Positions 47,501 through 62,500 of a stretch of 64,000 nt of DNA are shown piece after piece. Numbering within the stretch: position 1 is the stretch's first letter; each line of letters begins with the position of its first letter. This DNA is from Magallana gigas (Eukaryota), in the NCBI RefSeq assembly GCF_963853765.1, contig NC_088854.1, positions 34,534,001 through 34,598,000 on the forward strand, read 5' to 3'. The notes under the pieces are model-generated. The model was given only the letters and a program-made list of their open reading frames with translations. It was not told the origin of the DNA and searched no databases. Made by a program: the position numbers and the translations under genes.

Positions 47501-50500
47501 TATTTGGATCATCTCGATACAATGGTAGTTGAATTTCTCCTTCAACTACAGGTAAATCTGGGTCAATTTTTCTTCTTCGTGATAGTCTCCTCAGAGGAAT
47601 TTTATTGATCTTGATATCACTGTAAGTAGATGATCCCTTTTTCTGTAAAAAAAAACAACCCATTATACATATGTACATCAGAAGTAATGGATTGAAAAAA
47701 AAATATACAAAAAGTGGTTAAAACTTTTATTCCGTTGATGTAATTGATAAAATTTAAGTACACTCTCTTTTTTTCAAATGAGTCGTTTTGTGTTAAATAA
47801 AAAAAAATATCAGTTAAGAAAATTATAGGAATTTGATAAACAAATCATTTTTGGTATAAAGGAATAGATTCTTTCTTGAAAGTAAAGAATAACAAAAATT
47901 ATACCAATTCAAGACCCATTCTTTTGCTAACTCTATCCTGGTCCCTATCAAATTTGGCTTATGATTTCAAATTCATTTGGCATAACATTACGAGCAGCAG
48001 GGTTAAAATAATAATAAAAACTTCGAGAAGGTCTTTATTAAGAATGAAAATTTTACAAAATTTTAACTATTTCTTCTTCCTTATTTTACATGGATGATGC
48101 CACTTGAACTCCAGCGTGTAACAGGGTCGTTATATGAAGCAGGGAGTTTTACGTGGTGCAGAGTGTACTTTGGCGCTAGCATACAATTACATGTCCAATA
48201 ATAATGTGGCTGATAGTTATTTTTTCTTAAAGTATCTATTATTGTTAGGAACTCTTACAATCTCAAAGTAATATAAATCAAGTTATTCTATCACAAACAA
48301 AATAATTGATTGGCTCTGCAATACATGCTCATGCTAGGTTTTATTTAACCGTATCTTGCAACAGACAATGCATATTTTTTTTTTAACGAATCATTTAATT
48401 ACAATTAAACAGCAATTGCACTATTAGTTTTGAAATGACACGAATTTTAATCCCTTTTAATTTTTACAGCAACAGCTTATGGTGAACATGGAAGACATCT
48501 TTTGTAAAGAAAAAACTCAGTAGTTATTAATTTCAAGTTAAGGACTCTTTTTTTTTAAATACTTGTAAATATTTACATCTTACTAAAATTTGCTCCTCTA
48601 TTTCTTATGAAAACCGATTGTAATTCACAGCGATGTAGATACTGACTGATATATACACTATTCGGTTTTAAAAAGTTTATCAATCGGTCGAAGCCTTCTG
48701 CAACTAAGAAATCACTGACTGCACGATACAATATGATGATGTTAGGGACCAGGCAAAATTTATCACAGTGATGGGACCGGTACAAATAAAAATATCCCTT
48801 AAAAAATTGACATGTCCCATGGCTTTCACATTGAAATGAAATATGTGTTCTATGCCTTTAGGCTTAAAAAAAGTTACTGTCCCATGGATACTACTAGTAA
48901 ATCTTCATAAGTAAATTGGCATAGAAAGTAGGAATTTCCAATCCTGGTGAAATAACATTAAGCAACCTGACATTTAAAACTCAATTTTTGTAAAAAAGAA
49001 AAAAAAATCGTTCAAATGTAGTTTACATGTAGACACCTGCAGTTATGATAGTATACAAAATCTCTAAAAACCCAAGTTTATGCTCCTACCTGTCCAAAAG
49101 TGATATTTTAGTTGTATTTATATACACAGTTGAACCCCCTCCCCCATCTTTCCATTAATTGTCTCCATTAACATTACATGAAGGATATATAAATGTACAT
49201 TTGACCTTCAAATAACATCTGCTGTGGTTGCTACTTTTAAAATGAACAAAAATCAACATCTTTTTGCCCTTTTATTGTCAATATAATTTTTTTTGTTATA
49301 TTTTGTTAACAATATTTTTGTTAACAATTATTTTTTTGGGGTTATATTTTTGTGTAAATGCATAAAAAATGTAAACTTTGAACATTTTTCATTTTTTTTT
49401 TAATTTAAGGCATGTATCACACTTCTAGGTCTTACTGTTTTAGCATGGTATATAGAAGGAGACTAAAAACCAGAATAGATATTAAGATATTCACTAAATA
49501 TGATTGTTAGCCTCCTTTTTCATGGAAACAAGAAATCACATGCAGGATGACATGTCTATTTATGAATAAAAATGCAACAAATCATCAAATTAACCAAAAG
49601 GAGCAACTCTTAGCATCAGCGATGATTATTTCAAATATGTGTGAGAAATGACTTATGGAAATTCATAATATTAGGTAAAATATTTCAAATTAATGTTTTT
49701 TATGAAAATCAAAACATAAGGGAAGGGCATACATGTAAGGGTATTTCTAAGTGATTTGATGCTTTTATCATGATACATGTAATATCATGTAGATGTGTGA
49801 AGCATTTGAAATAGGTTTCATATTAAAGGAGGTAGAATAATTATCAATTAATCTCTCACAGATTAAGTAAATATGTTTTATTGAAGGAGAGCCCCATGAA
49901 TCTGTGTTAAATATAAGAGAGTGGAAATGGTGGGTTCACTTACTAGTAATTGGCCATATTTCTCTTAAACCTCAATTGAATTAGCAATATGAGGCATACT
50001 TTTTCTCAGAATTGCATATTGAGCTTTCTAATTTAAAGACGAGATATCTTTTCATAGAATATTAGTGTAAGTTAAAGGTAGCAATTTTGGATAACAAGGG
50101 GAGTCACTCCCTCTTAAATGATTTAAAAAAAAAGATTTTTTGTGTTTAAAAAATAAAATATGTTTAAAAATTATAAATGTTTCTTTTGAGTTGAGAACTG
50201 TAACTCATTTAAAAAAGTATTTGTCCCATTGGTACTTCATACAAAAAAGGTTTTGTCCCATGCTTTATTTTTTACATGAAAAAAGTCATTGTCCCATGCC
50301 TGTTTGTACCGGTCCCATCATAGTGATAAATTTTGCCTGGTCCCTTAGAGTCAAAATCTTATATACGGCGGCTTGGCAATTTCTTTTACCTCTCCCACTG
50401 ATGTACATTGACAATTATTTAGTTTCTTTAACTTTTTATGATTAATTCATGAAATTGTTGTAAGACAGATGTAAATATAAACAATAGCAATGTTTCTTTA

Positions 50501-53500
50501 ATGATTTATGCAGGTTATGAAGGTAGCGATCATTGCAGAAAAAAATTACACAACCCGCTTACATGGGCAAGGTATATTTCCTGAAATGTCGCTACATTCA
50601 TATCATGCATGGATCACCAAATAAAGCATTTTATTGTTTAAATGAGACCAACAAGTATTTATATTTAGATTTTAGGCGGACATTCATCACTTTGTCAGCA
50701 TGTCTATGAGTTTATGTCTAACCATGTACCGCAGAGACTTGATCCATTTTATTTCAAAAACACGTACTTTTTAAATGAAAATTGAGGGTTTGCAAATGTA
50801 GGTGTTCTGTAATGTTCTGAGAAATGCACAATGTTGATTCAACAAGTTGCTTCTGTAGGATAAATTTTGAATAACTAGTTATCTAATTTAAATATGAATA
50901 TATTGGATAACATATCTTATTTGTGTATTAATAAAATCAAGTTTAACATAATAGTTCTTGAAGTACAAGGTATTGACTCATTTGAGGAAAAGGCTAATGC
51001 AACATCTCATTTCAAAGGGTACTTGCCTGATTTTAGAAACATATTGATAGCTTTGAACAGTGTTGCTTATAATTTCCAAGTAGAATTAAACCGTTGCAAA
51101 TCAATCGATTAAACTATTGACGATAAACTAGAACGTAACAAGTAAAAGATATTTACTCTACAAAAAGAAGGTCTCTTCACATTCTACAGTTACAACTCTT
51201 TTTAAATATATATGTATTAAAAGTAAATAAAAACTTTTATTTGGTTAGAAAAAAAACCCCAACCAAAAAGAGGGTGTGGATCTGAAGTGAAAATGTTAAC
51301 AGATTGCATTTATCTTCGTTCCCCGGATGTTAAAGTGCATCGATAACATGCACATCTGAATTTAATTTGATTAGCCATAAACTTGCGGAATTTTCCTGAT
51401 GGATATTTAAGTGAATACAAAATTGCTTTTGTAAATTCATCAGTCTAAACATCGTAACAATTTTTCAGTAAAATCACTCGTCGCCTTTTAAAATATAGAT
51501 TAACTTCTCTGAGTAAGCTTTGTTTATATCAAGTAAGCTTATGATATAAGTTTCATTTCCATCTTGTTTAACAATTAACTCTTATCTCAATGTAATATGT
51601 TCATGTATTAAGTCTTACAAAATTTAGGAAATTATCAATGTTTTGTCATTATTTCTTTTTATCACAATTATTCGTACACTGCCTTGAAATTAAGTGTTCA
51701 TTGTATTGTAAATCTTAAAACACTTGAATACACAAGATCAACCACTTTGTAAAAAAAAAAAGAATCAAATTTTGTCTACATGTACTTTATATTCAACTAC
51801 GGGCATAAAGTCGTATTATAAATCTTACATATCCACATATCAAATTAAACTCTGACTCATTAAGAAGAGTTTTGAATGTAACACTTTTAACAATATGTAC
51901 ATTGTTTACAATAAAAGAAATATTAATTCCATTGGCCTACAATCATAAGATATCCCAAATCTTTAGATCTATTGCTAAATTATTTTCTTTTTAAGTACTT
52001 CCATTTAACTACACCATATCTAATAATCCGATGATATTAACCAAACCATGCGTTTAAAGTGTATACGTGAAACCGGTATACAAGTCAAAGCATTTAAAAA
52101 TGCTTGTAAAACAAATAAACAATACAGCAGACCCTATAACAAGTAATAATACAAGTCGGCCATGAGTTCGAGGTGTGCAATCACTGAATCAGGTAAATTG
52201 AATGTGAAAGAAAGAAAAATCCTTATAGTGAATTCATATCTATGATTCGCGTTCAGCTTAAAATCAAAATGATCCTCGAATACTTGAATCAATTCAATCA
52301 GATTTTGCTTATTTTTTGTAAAGAAAATTTTCTTTTTGTTGTCGATTAAAAGAAGTTTAAAATTCAAGAAGCTATACTTCTTCACATGGTAATCAGAACT
52401 GAGTTGTTTATCATTTCACGTACTTATAGATGCAACATATTTAACTTTATGTTTACCTTTATTTTTAACTTTACCTTTTTCTTCTTCTTTTTCTTCTTCT
52501 TTTTTGATTCCCACTCCCCGTCCAAGTTCATTGTGTTCTTCCTTTTTTTCCATCCAGCTTGCGAAAAAAAGTCAAATTCATCCGAATCAGGATCACTGTA
52601 AATCACTTCCTCTGGTTTTTGTGGAATGTCCTTTTCATTTTCTGGCAGTTTGTCACCTTCGGTAATAGAATCCTTGTTTTGGAGAAATTTATTTTTCGTC
52701 TTGGAGATTTTTTCTCGTGCCAGTTCTTTGAGTCGTTTCATCGCACTCTTAGAGCGCGGTTCAGCTACTTCAAATTCTTCCACATCGTCTTTGCGTCTCC
52801 TGGCATCAATCCAATCCTCAGAATCCATCTAAAATTTAAATTCTGCTTACAAATCGCGTACCATCCTTTTGATGGCTTGCGTTTTATTTTCCGGAAAATA
52901 AGCATTTTTTAAATATAAATTTTAAGAGGCAGAGCCAAAACCCTGAAAGATCCAAACCCGGGCTAGATTTTTAAAATCCTTAGTCCATGTAAATACTTAT
53001 AGAATGTAAGCTGTTAAATAATGAAATATGATCATAAAATTTAGGCAGAGGTTTCAATAACTAGTTACACTGGCTCAACAAGTGAATGTCACTAAAGGTA
53101 CTGCATAATAAAAAGTTAACACTGCTCAAATTAGAGCATTAAACCCACCCTTTACCTAATTGTTTCGTCATTTACATTTTTTTTTTCAATACAAGGTCAT
53201 TCAAATTGCAAGGTCACGAAAATTGATGACAGACAATCTTAAACAGAAAAAACTTTGACAAAACATGAAATCATATAACATATTACTGTTGCTTTGAAAA
53301 CAAAATAAGACGACACATTTTCGTTTGTAACGTATCAACTTACCATTTGTCGCAGTTTGTATTCATCCATAAATTCATCATTCTTGAAAGCCTGTGTAAA
53401 GAAAACATCAATTATAGAAAGTACTATTTATTTTATGTGGTAATGCATAGTTCTAACAGAGATATATACGAAGGTCAATCAAAAAATACGAAGACAATGT

Positions 53501-56500
53501 AGCTGTCTATCATATGTTTTTAAGACCAATTCAAGAAAAAAGTGGGGATGTTCTGTCCTGGTTATAAAATCTTTAGATTGTTTTGTTTTTTTAAATATTT
53601 ACATTTTAGTGTCTTTGTCTGTCGTTACACTACGTATCGATTTTATACTTTATAGACCAATAACAATAAATTCAAATGACGGGCGCAGTATAAGCGTAAG
53701 TGTGGTTTGTTTGTTTATATTCAATTATTTGATGAAAATCATGTAAATATAAGTAATCATTCTTTGAATATTATGAGGTGATAATTTCAGTCGGGGTGTA
53801 ATCAAAACCTTCGGGCTTTATTGGATTTCATCATTGGAACATATGGTGAAATTTACATGTGATATACAATTTGTTTTTCTCAATTTTCAATTCATCCAAT
53901 TCAGCCGGAATTAGCCCCCTGTTGTGGACTCATTCTGGCTCATTGTAGAACATCGAATTAGACTATAAAGTTATGTTTCCATATCAATTTGATAAATGTA
54001 CACAAAAAGTTACTCAGAAAAAAATGTCCGAAGATATTTTAAACAAATTGACCTTCAACTTAAGCCCCCTAGAGGAGCCATCCTGACCCGGGGGAACCAT
54101 TTGAACAAAGTTGAATCTATACTCTATTAAGTTTATGCTCAATGAGAGTGATTCTACATATTTTTGTGATTTGTTAGTTCCGAAGTCCTTATTAAGAAGA
54201 ATATTTAAGACACCCACATAGTTTGTCAATTATTGTGATCGGCTTCGGCCGTTCACAGTTGTGTCCATATGAGGCATCTGGCAAATTTTACGATTTGCGC
54301 ACGCATTGCGTCTTACACTACTTTATGTTACTATGCAATGGCAACCTCATTCAAATATTTAATTACACGTAGATTTTTAAAACGTTACTCTTATCCGTTT
54401 GCAGTGAAAATAAAACATTTATACAGATACATCATAATGATTCAAATCACGTTTTTCTTCGCATATGCGTTTTAATATTTATTGGAAGTATAATACGCCT
54501 ACTAAAAGTAAAGTATGCTTTGCTATTTTGGAAATCAACAAAAAGGTGCAATTTTTAGTTTAGTACGTGTACGCGTAATGCTTTCGTTTTACATTAACAG
54601 AGCTGACCAATGATATCACATGCCGATCATTCCTTTAAAGGGGCATGGTCACGATTTTGGTCAAAAATTATTTTTTCGATTTTAATATCTATAATGCTTC
54701 ATTAAGGAATTTTTAATAGGCAACCAAAATTTGAGTGTCACTTGTTGAGTTATAAGCGAGTTACAGAGCTTACAATTCTTCGCTATGTAAACAAAGCGTT
54801 TGTTTACATTTTGAATGTTGAAGTGAAAATTTCAGTTTACGACCTCAAATGAATGTTTTAATCGTTAAGAACTGTTTATCTATGCTTAAAATGAATAAAA
54901 AGATAGACAAATCAGCCCGAAAAAGATTTTTTACTGGTTTATTGAACCTATGTAAACAAAAACAGGGCACGAGCCTTGTTTACATGACGAAGAATTGTGA
55001 GTCCTTTATCTTGCTTAAAACTCATCGACGGGCACCCAAATTTCATTTGATCATTAGATATGCATTCCTAAAGCATTGTAAATAATAAAAACAGAAAAAT
55101 AAAATTTGACCAAAATCGTGACCATGCCCCTTTAAAAGGAATACTTGTTTTCCCTTGAATAAGAGGCATTGCTCTTCTTTTTAAGAAACTTGATTTCCCA
55201 TCAAGAAAGCATACTTCTGCCATTTTTTTTTTTAATTTGCCATTTGATTCTAAAGAAAAAGATGAAAATGTAAAACGTAACGACGAAAAAAAAGGGACGA
55301 CAGCGACAGATTCAGACATTAGACATATTATTATTTAAAAATCTCATTTGAACCTTTGGTTCCAGTGACCCAAAACCACTTTTTTCATCTTTAAGGTAGT
55401 GTGGAGATGTCAAATATGAGAGGTTACAAACCTCATTGTCTCGATCTATAAGTCTTTCGTTTAAGTCGGTCTCCACCTTTGTTGGCGTGACGGGCTCTTC
55501 GTCCTCGTAGAATAGTCGCGTGATGTCATACACCGAATCGTCTGGCAGGCCCAGGTCAAGGGTAGGAGTGAGGGCAGCTTTTTCCATTCGAATTCTTTCT
55601 TTTCTTTCTCTTTCTATTCTTTCTAGTCGATCCTCTTCTTCCTTTTTCTTCAAGGCTTCGGCTTCAAGTCGTTTCTTTCGTTTGTAACAGTAATATACTA
55701 AGGCTATTACAATGGCAATTACGATAAGAAATGCTAGTAATCCAAGTACGATCGCCACTGTCGCACTGTATGTTTCTTCGGTTGCTAAAATAAGAGAAAA
55801 GATTGGTTAGTGAACAAAAGTGAGCAAGAAACAAATGGATCTTAACAGTAATCCAACTAGATACAAAAAGACATGAAAATAAATATCGGAAAGAATATTT
55901 GGTAGCATTTTTCAACTTCAACAATTGACAACTAGTGTTTATTGTTATGGTAAATCCATTCTAAAACAATCGTCATTAAATTATTATCATTCTTCACAAA
56001 TATCAAGAGTTAAAATCTGGACTTGTTTCACCAATGAATTTTAAATGTAAAGTTCCTTTCGCGAACTTTCCGTGAAGTTGCGGTTAGCCCGGTAGCATGC
56101 CAATCGGCTTTCTACTAAAAATACTACCCAACTTTCACAAACGTATCTTGTATTTGATTTGTATTGTAAACTGTAAATTGTAATGTAAAAGTTCTTAAAA
56201 TCCATATGGTGAATTCAGGGGAAAGCTCAATTCGTTACATTCGCTCAAGTTTACGCTGAATAAAAAAACTCCAAAACGAAACAAAAATTCAACAAGTTGT
56301 ATTTAAGTTGATGAAATAACGGTACATGGTATTCCAATGAAAACCGATTCTCTGAGTTTCGAGATAACAACTTGATAACGTGCGGAGATTCCAGCACGGA
56401 CAGTCCGATATAATTCTTTGCACAAAATCGACACTAACGTGCGGAAATCCAGCACAGATAGCCCGATATCACACACACTCCACTAACGTGCGGGGTTCCA

Positions 56501-59500
56501 GCACAGTTAGCCCAACATAACACTCTGTGCTAACGTGCGGGGTTCCAGCACAGCTAGCCCAACCGTTCTCTTCCAGATCTTAAACCATTCTCTCTTACAA
56601 TTATTTTTTTTGACAGGCATTGCTTTTTTTATGACAAATGGATAGTAATGGTATGCCAGAAAAGTAAACATTCACACATATAGCTGTTACGATAATTTCA
56701 CACTTCTACTGTCCAACAATTATTTAATTTGCCTGGAGATTAAGTAAAGAAGATATCAAAGACTAGTGTTAGGAGGATTAACATTTTTGTCAAATGAAAG
56801 CATCTCCGTTTGTTTGGTTATTTCCTCTTTTTTTTGTTACAAACTCAATTGCGTAATTAATCTGAGAGAAAAAAAAACCTTAAGTTATCATAGCAGCTTG
56901 TAAATTTTAAATCGATAACCTGTTACATCAAAAGTTTAAAATCGAAGATTTCTAAACTTATCTATAACAATCTTAGAAATCTTTGATTTTAAAGTCGGTT
57001 TGAGACAACAATATATTACTTGATTGATCTAAAAAGTACCGATATTTATTTTGAATCTAAACAAATTATTTTACAGCTAGATAACCTAGATTTCTTGTAA
57101 AAATACGGTTTATTCGCACTTTATATATTTGCTTTAGATCAGTCAAAATATACTCTACATCAGTTTGAATTTCAAAATTTCACTTAAATTTCGCAATTTC
57201 GTTTAAAATTCTTTTTGAAATAAGATTGTTTAGTGATTGATTTATGCTAGTGACGATTATTTCATCCATGGTTAAAAACATAATTATCCACAAATCTCGA
57301 TTTTCATTTGCATACTGATATTTTGTACCCACAAATATAACAAGTGTACCTGGCCGACTTTGACATGTATTTATCGATACTTATATAATGCATTAATTGA
57401 GCCCATATCTTAAGCTTTAGTTTAAATATGCTATGATAGTAGTTTGTACCAATTTAGATTACGTGTCAATAAATCTTTATAAATTTATAGATCTTTGTTT
57501 GTTAAAAACATTTTATTTTTTGGGAAGTGATAAGATCCGCAAAATAGCTCTTAATTTTCGACTGTTAAATTCCCAAATTACCCATATATCTAAGCTAAAC
57601 ATGTAGCTTGATTTAAAACCATCGTGGCAGTGACCATTCTTAGCAGAATTATCGCAATTTTTTTACATGTAGCAGTATGAATCCTTCTCTAGGTCTTAGA
57701 TAGTAAAACGTTACCAATATTCCTTTTCAAAAGATTTTTTAAAATTATTTTTTATCATTTTTCAAATAGTCATATGGATTTAAAGTTTAAAGAAAAAACT
57801 TTATGCATCAACTTACGACAAACTGAGAGGGACGACAGAACAACGAGAGCTCCGTTAGAGTCGGCGTACGTAGAGTTCCCATTTGGTGGACAGTCTTGAG
57901 GATTCTGGGACATGAAGACATTGTTACTATCGGAGGAAATTATCTGTAAAAAAAAAATTAACTCGGTATTTATTTTACATGCAGTTTGAGTATTTCATTA
58001 ATTAATCATTGATCAATGCGTAAGATTAACTGAACTATCAAGTTTACTCAGTATGTCAAATCTACTGTAAACAAAAGGAGTAGTTGAAAAGAAAATCTAA
58101 TTCATGGAAAGCGTCAAACTTAGCCGGAGCATAGGCCTAGCGATTGTTAATAATTAACCACGATATGGTAAGAAAAATGGATATTTTTTATTTAATATTT
58201 TTTTTTCTTTCAAAATACTTTTATCTAGTACCTTTTATTGGAATGATTGTACTCACATAACAAGTGAATCTGTAGGTGGTGGATTCGTCTGTTGTTGTAT
58301 CTGTGTTATACACATACAGATAAGTGTAGGAACCAACCGTTGTAGAGTGCAGGCAGTATAATTCTCCAGAAGCTGCCAAAACGTAACAAAGTGATCAATG
58401 ATTGCATGTAATGATCATTTCAAGAATGTAAGGGGAAAAAAATCTTTTGACATCACGTGTCAATACTTGTAACCGATGTTAAAGAGATTCATATGGTATC
58501 TACTAATCAAAAATCTGAAATTTTCTCTAACTGATGTTTGATCAGAATAAGAAAAAGAGTTGTACCATAAATGGTATAGAAAACAAGTGATAGCTACCGG
58601 TATATCTTATTATCAAATTCATATTGTTGGTGATAAAAATGATGTTAAAAGATTAAAGAGAATTTAATGATTGACTTACTGGAGTATGCTTGGGTCTGGG
58701 TACATTTCGTGTAATCAAAATCTAAAACTCCTGTGTTAGTACACACGTCGAGGTAAGCATCGTCGCACACGTTTCCACTGCCGGTGTCATAAGTGTAGTT
58801 CCAGTTCATCTGCAACTGGCTAGGACAAGTTATTTTGGCTTCTTCGATGCCACCTAAAAATGACATTTAGATATTTATTAAAGGACTGGACAATATACGG
58901 TAAGTATCGATTCTTAAAAGAGAAACCAATATTATCCTTGATTTCCTAAATCAGAAAAGGATATAGACAAATATCGAAATACTCTGAAAATCGCGAGACA
59001 AGCAAAACGTATAGGTAATACATGTCATACTTTGCTTGTGATCATGACTTTAAAATTGTCCTATACTCGACACTAAATGTGCTCATTAAATGAAGGCTTG
59101 GTTTTTTCATATAATAGATGCACGCACTAATAATCATAGACATAAGACAAAACATTATGATATGCAGTCAAAGATTACAGAGCTCAACGATTTTATCATG
59201 CAATATGAAAATAATAATTAATGATCTTTTATTATCAAATTATTGTTTACCGTGGTTTGGTATGACACAATATTGTAAAATATAATACGACATTGTATCA
59301 AATCATGTTAAATACAAGATCATATGGTGCAATATCATACGATACAAGATCAAATGACACAATATTGTAAAATATAATAAGACATTGTATCAAATCATGC
59401 TATACAAGATCATATGGTACAATATCATACAAGATCAAATAACACAATATCGTATCACATTATACAATATTGCATCATATGACACAATATCATGTAATAC

Positions 59501-62500
59501 GGTACGATTATATATTAAGATATTGTATACGTATCATAACGATATAATATCACATGACACAATATCATATTTAATCATATGATATATTATAATACCTCCT
59601 ATCAGTTTGTCTCTATAGATTCAATAAAAAATAAATCATCTAATTTCGCATAGTATAGAAAGGATTTATATACATTGAAGCGTAAGCATACTTTTCCGAA
59701 GTAAAGCAGGCAAAAGTCTTCCTCGAAAACCTTACAATACCTGGAGATGCTTCCACACAAATTAATAAAATCTAAGCTTTTCTGGCCAAATATTTTTTGA
59801 GAAAATATCTTTAGAATTTCTCGATTTATTCCTATGTAACAATTCATCCCCCAATTGTGGACCCATCCTACCAACGGGGACCATCATTTAAACAAACCTG
59901 AATCAACACTACCTGAGGATGCTTCCATACAAATTCAAGCTTTTCAGGCCCAATAGTTTTTTAGAAGAAGTTGTTTTTAAGATTTTCTCAATATACTCTT
60001 ATAAAAATGTGGCCCCAACCTATCCCCGGGAACCGTGGTTTAAATAAACTTAAATCTACACTACATGAGGATGCTTCCATACAAGTTCCAGCTTTTTTAG
60101 TCTAATTGTTTTTGAGAAGATTTTAAAGAATTCCTATATTTATTCTTAAGTAAAACTTGAGTCCCTATTGTGGCCCCATCCCACACCTGATATAGAAAAA
60201 AGCCCAATCACGTCTTGTGGTCGAGATTTATGCCAATGTAGAATAGGAATTTTATTTTGGGGACATAGTAGTAAATTCTATTTAACAGTTAGTATTATGT
60301 CCGATCATTACATAGAACCGATGCAGATATAGTAGGGGGCAAGTTGTTTTTTTTTTTTTAGAAACCGACGCATCTCTTAAATATACAGAAAAGAAAATGA
60401 ATTTCAAAGAGACTGTCTTCAAACATAATTGATCTTTAATCTTAACCTACCCTCTTTGACCATGATGTGATTCGTTAGATCCGTCGCTGAACTGGCATCG
60501 CAGAAGTCGCTTATTACGTTCACTACCTTTTTGTCATCTTTTAGATATATTTTGATTCTTTCATTTCCAGCGTCACTCAACTGATCTAGCATTGTAAAAT
60601 AGAAACAGAGAATCGACTATTACATTCAGTACTCAATTATGGGATAATTCATACCATGTTTATTACATTATGTTCATAAGTAAACACACAGAATATACTA
60701 AACATAGGTCGAGTTATCAAAGCAATTGCATTCAGTCTATAGTACAATCACTCACTGGTCGGGGTGTCGTAGGTGAATTTGGTGCTTGATTGTTGAGTCA
60801 TCCGCAGGCATAGGAAAGCTTCCAAATTTAGTCCAAGATACGTAAATTCTTCGGATCTGAAAATTTGAATTCAAATTATTTACAAATATATATTCAATAT
60901 TTAAAAAAAACGAGACATTGTGTCACAATATTTGCACATGAAAACCACTCATTCACAGACCTGTGAACGTGAGCGCTGAACGCTTCGTTGTTTTGGAATA
61001 ATAGGAGTTTCTTACAACAACCCTTAAATTAAGACGTCGTGAAACGTGCCCTAGCTAATTCAGTAGTATCCCTGGTTAGTTAAAAGTGAAAGGAGGACTA
61101 ATTTTTTTTAAAATAACAATTTATAATTTTCAATTGTATCACATATCGTCAGTCTCTTTTGGTAAAAAAAAAAAGAAATGTCGTAATATAAAAATATATG
61201 CTATATCGTACTGATTCTATTACACATTTTAGATTTTAACTTTAACATGATTATCAAACATAAGTATTAAACAGCTTAATTGAAAACATGAAACTGCTTA
61301 AAGGTGTTGATTTTGTAAGATTTTTCTAATGCTAATAAGTGACATTATTGAAGGCATTCCCGGTATCTTAAAGAAAATTTTGTTGAATAATATACAACTA
61401 CATGTATGTGAAACTATTTCATGACTGTTTGCTCATGATCGTTGTATAAGATTTCTTTTGTATAATAATGAGTTACAATTTTTATATTATTTTTTTATTT
61501 ATACATAAACAGAAAGAATATATTCCTATCGTGCTTTCTGTGGTATTTATCAGTGGTAAAAAAAATAACGTTTTTAAAGAAATCTATGTATTTTGATACA
61601 AGTAACCGGTTAATCGGTTGGAGTGAATAACGATTAACTGATTAATCGATTGACATTCCTACTGGATATTCTCATTAAACTTTTACCTGTTATTTTAGCC
61701 AATGAGTTGTTCTAAGTACTAATTTAATTATTGGATAAATAATATGATGGTGTGAGTTGCCATCCAAACAACACTATTAGCCGTATTTATTTGTAGATTT
61801 CATGGGAGTACTCGTTTATATACACGTCGTATTTATTATTTTTGACTGAGTCTCTATACAGCCATTTTTTCTATTTCGTGCATGTGTCATTTTTTGTCAA
61901 AGATTTTTAGCTATTGCTCCTCTTCTTGATTTAAGACTATGATTAATTATTTTTTTTTGGTAAAATTGCTGTTATAACGTACTGCAATTTGATTTTCTCT
62001 ATAATGACTTGAATAGATAGCAATAAAAATCTTCTCGCCCCCCCCCCCCAAAAAAAAGGAGCGCGTAAAACTTTCTTTTTATTGCCGCTAATATCTACAA
62101 ATGGCATCGCATAAATGGTAATAAAACATGTCAATGACAATTTAAAAAACGTGGAAATTCGGGGATCCACACACACCTCCAGAAACCTTAGCTGAAACCA
62201 TTTAATTAAGGTGCCTCACTACACCTTGAAATAGTTTCTCAAATTGGCAGAAAATTACTTGATTATAATAGAAAGCATAATAAATAAGAAGTATATACCG
62301 GTATGTCAAATGGGCGAAAAAATGTGCAATTTTAGATAAAAATGATATTTTTAGAATTGTAGTTCAGTAAACATGAACAAAAGCCCCAGATGGATTCGAA
62401 CTCATTCACAAGCATGATACTTTAACCACTGAGCTATGAGGATACAGATCTGAATCGATTGATATAAACAGTTAAACAAAACATTTAAATCGCCATCTTG

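Noticed and set aside
50894-52385. Protein-like fragments in gene B intron 10 (50894-51112 on +, several short frames 51300-52385 on -)
   Set aside because: Many stops and frame changes with no consistent motif, so a fossil gene cannot be supported without a search.
56376-56563. CRISPR array
   Set aside because: Eukaryotic intron, no cas genes, only four units, degenerate repeats, and short, mutually related linkers.
61600-61662. hAT-like terminus (TAGGAATGTCAATCGATTAATC on the minus strand)
   Set aside because: Only one end is visible and there is no TSD, so it cannot be delimited as an element.
62383-62440. Functional tRNA gene (also 30155-30210 and 44995-45075)
   Set aside because: A/B boxes are present, but the anticodon arm and acceptor stem cannot be formed; treated as tRNA-derived repeat modules.
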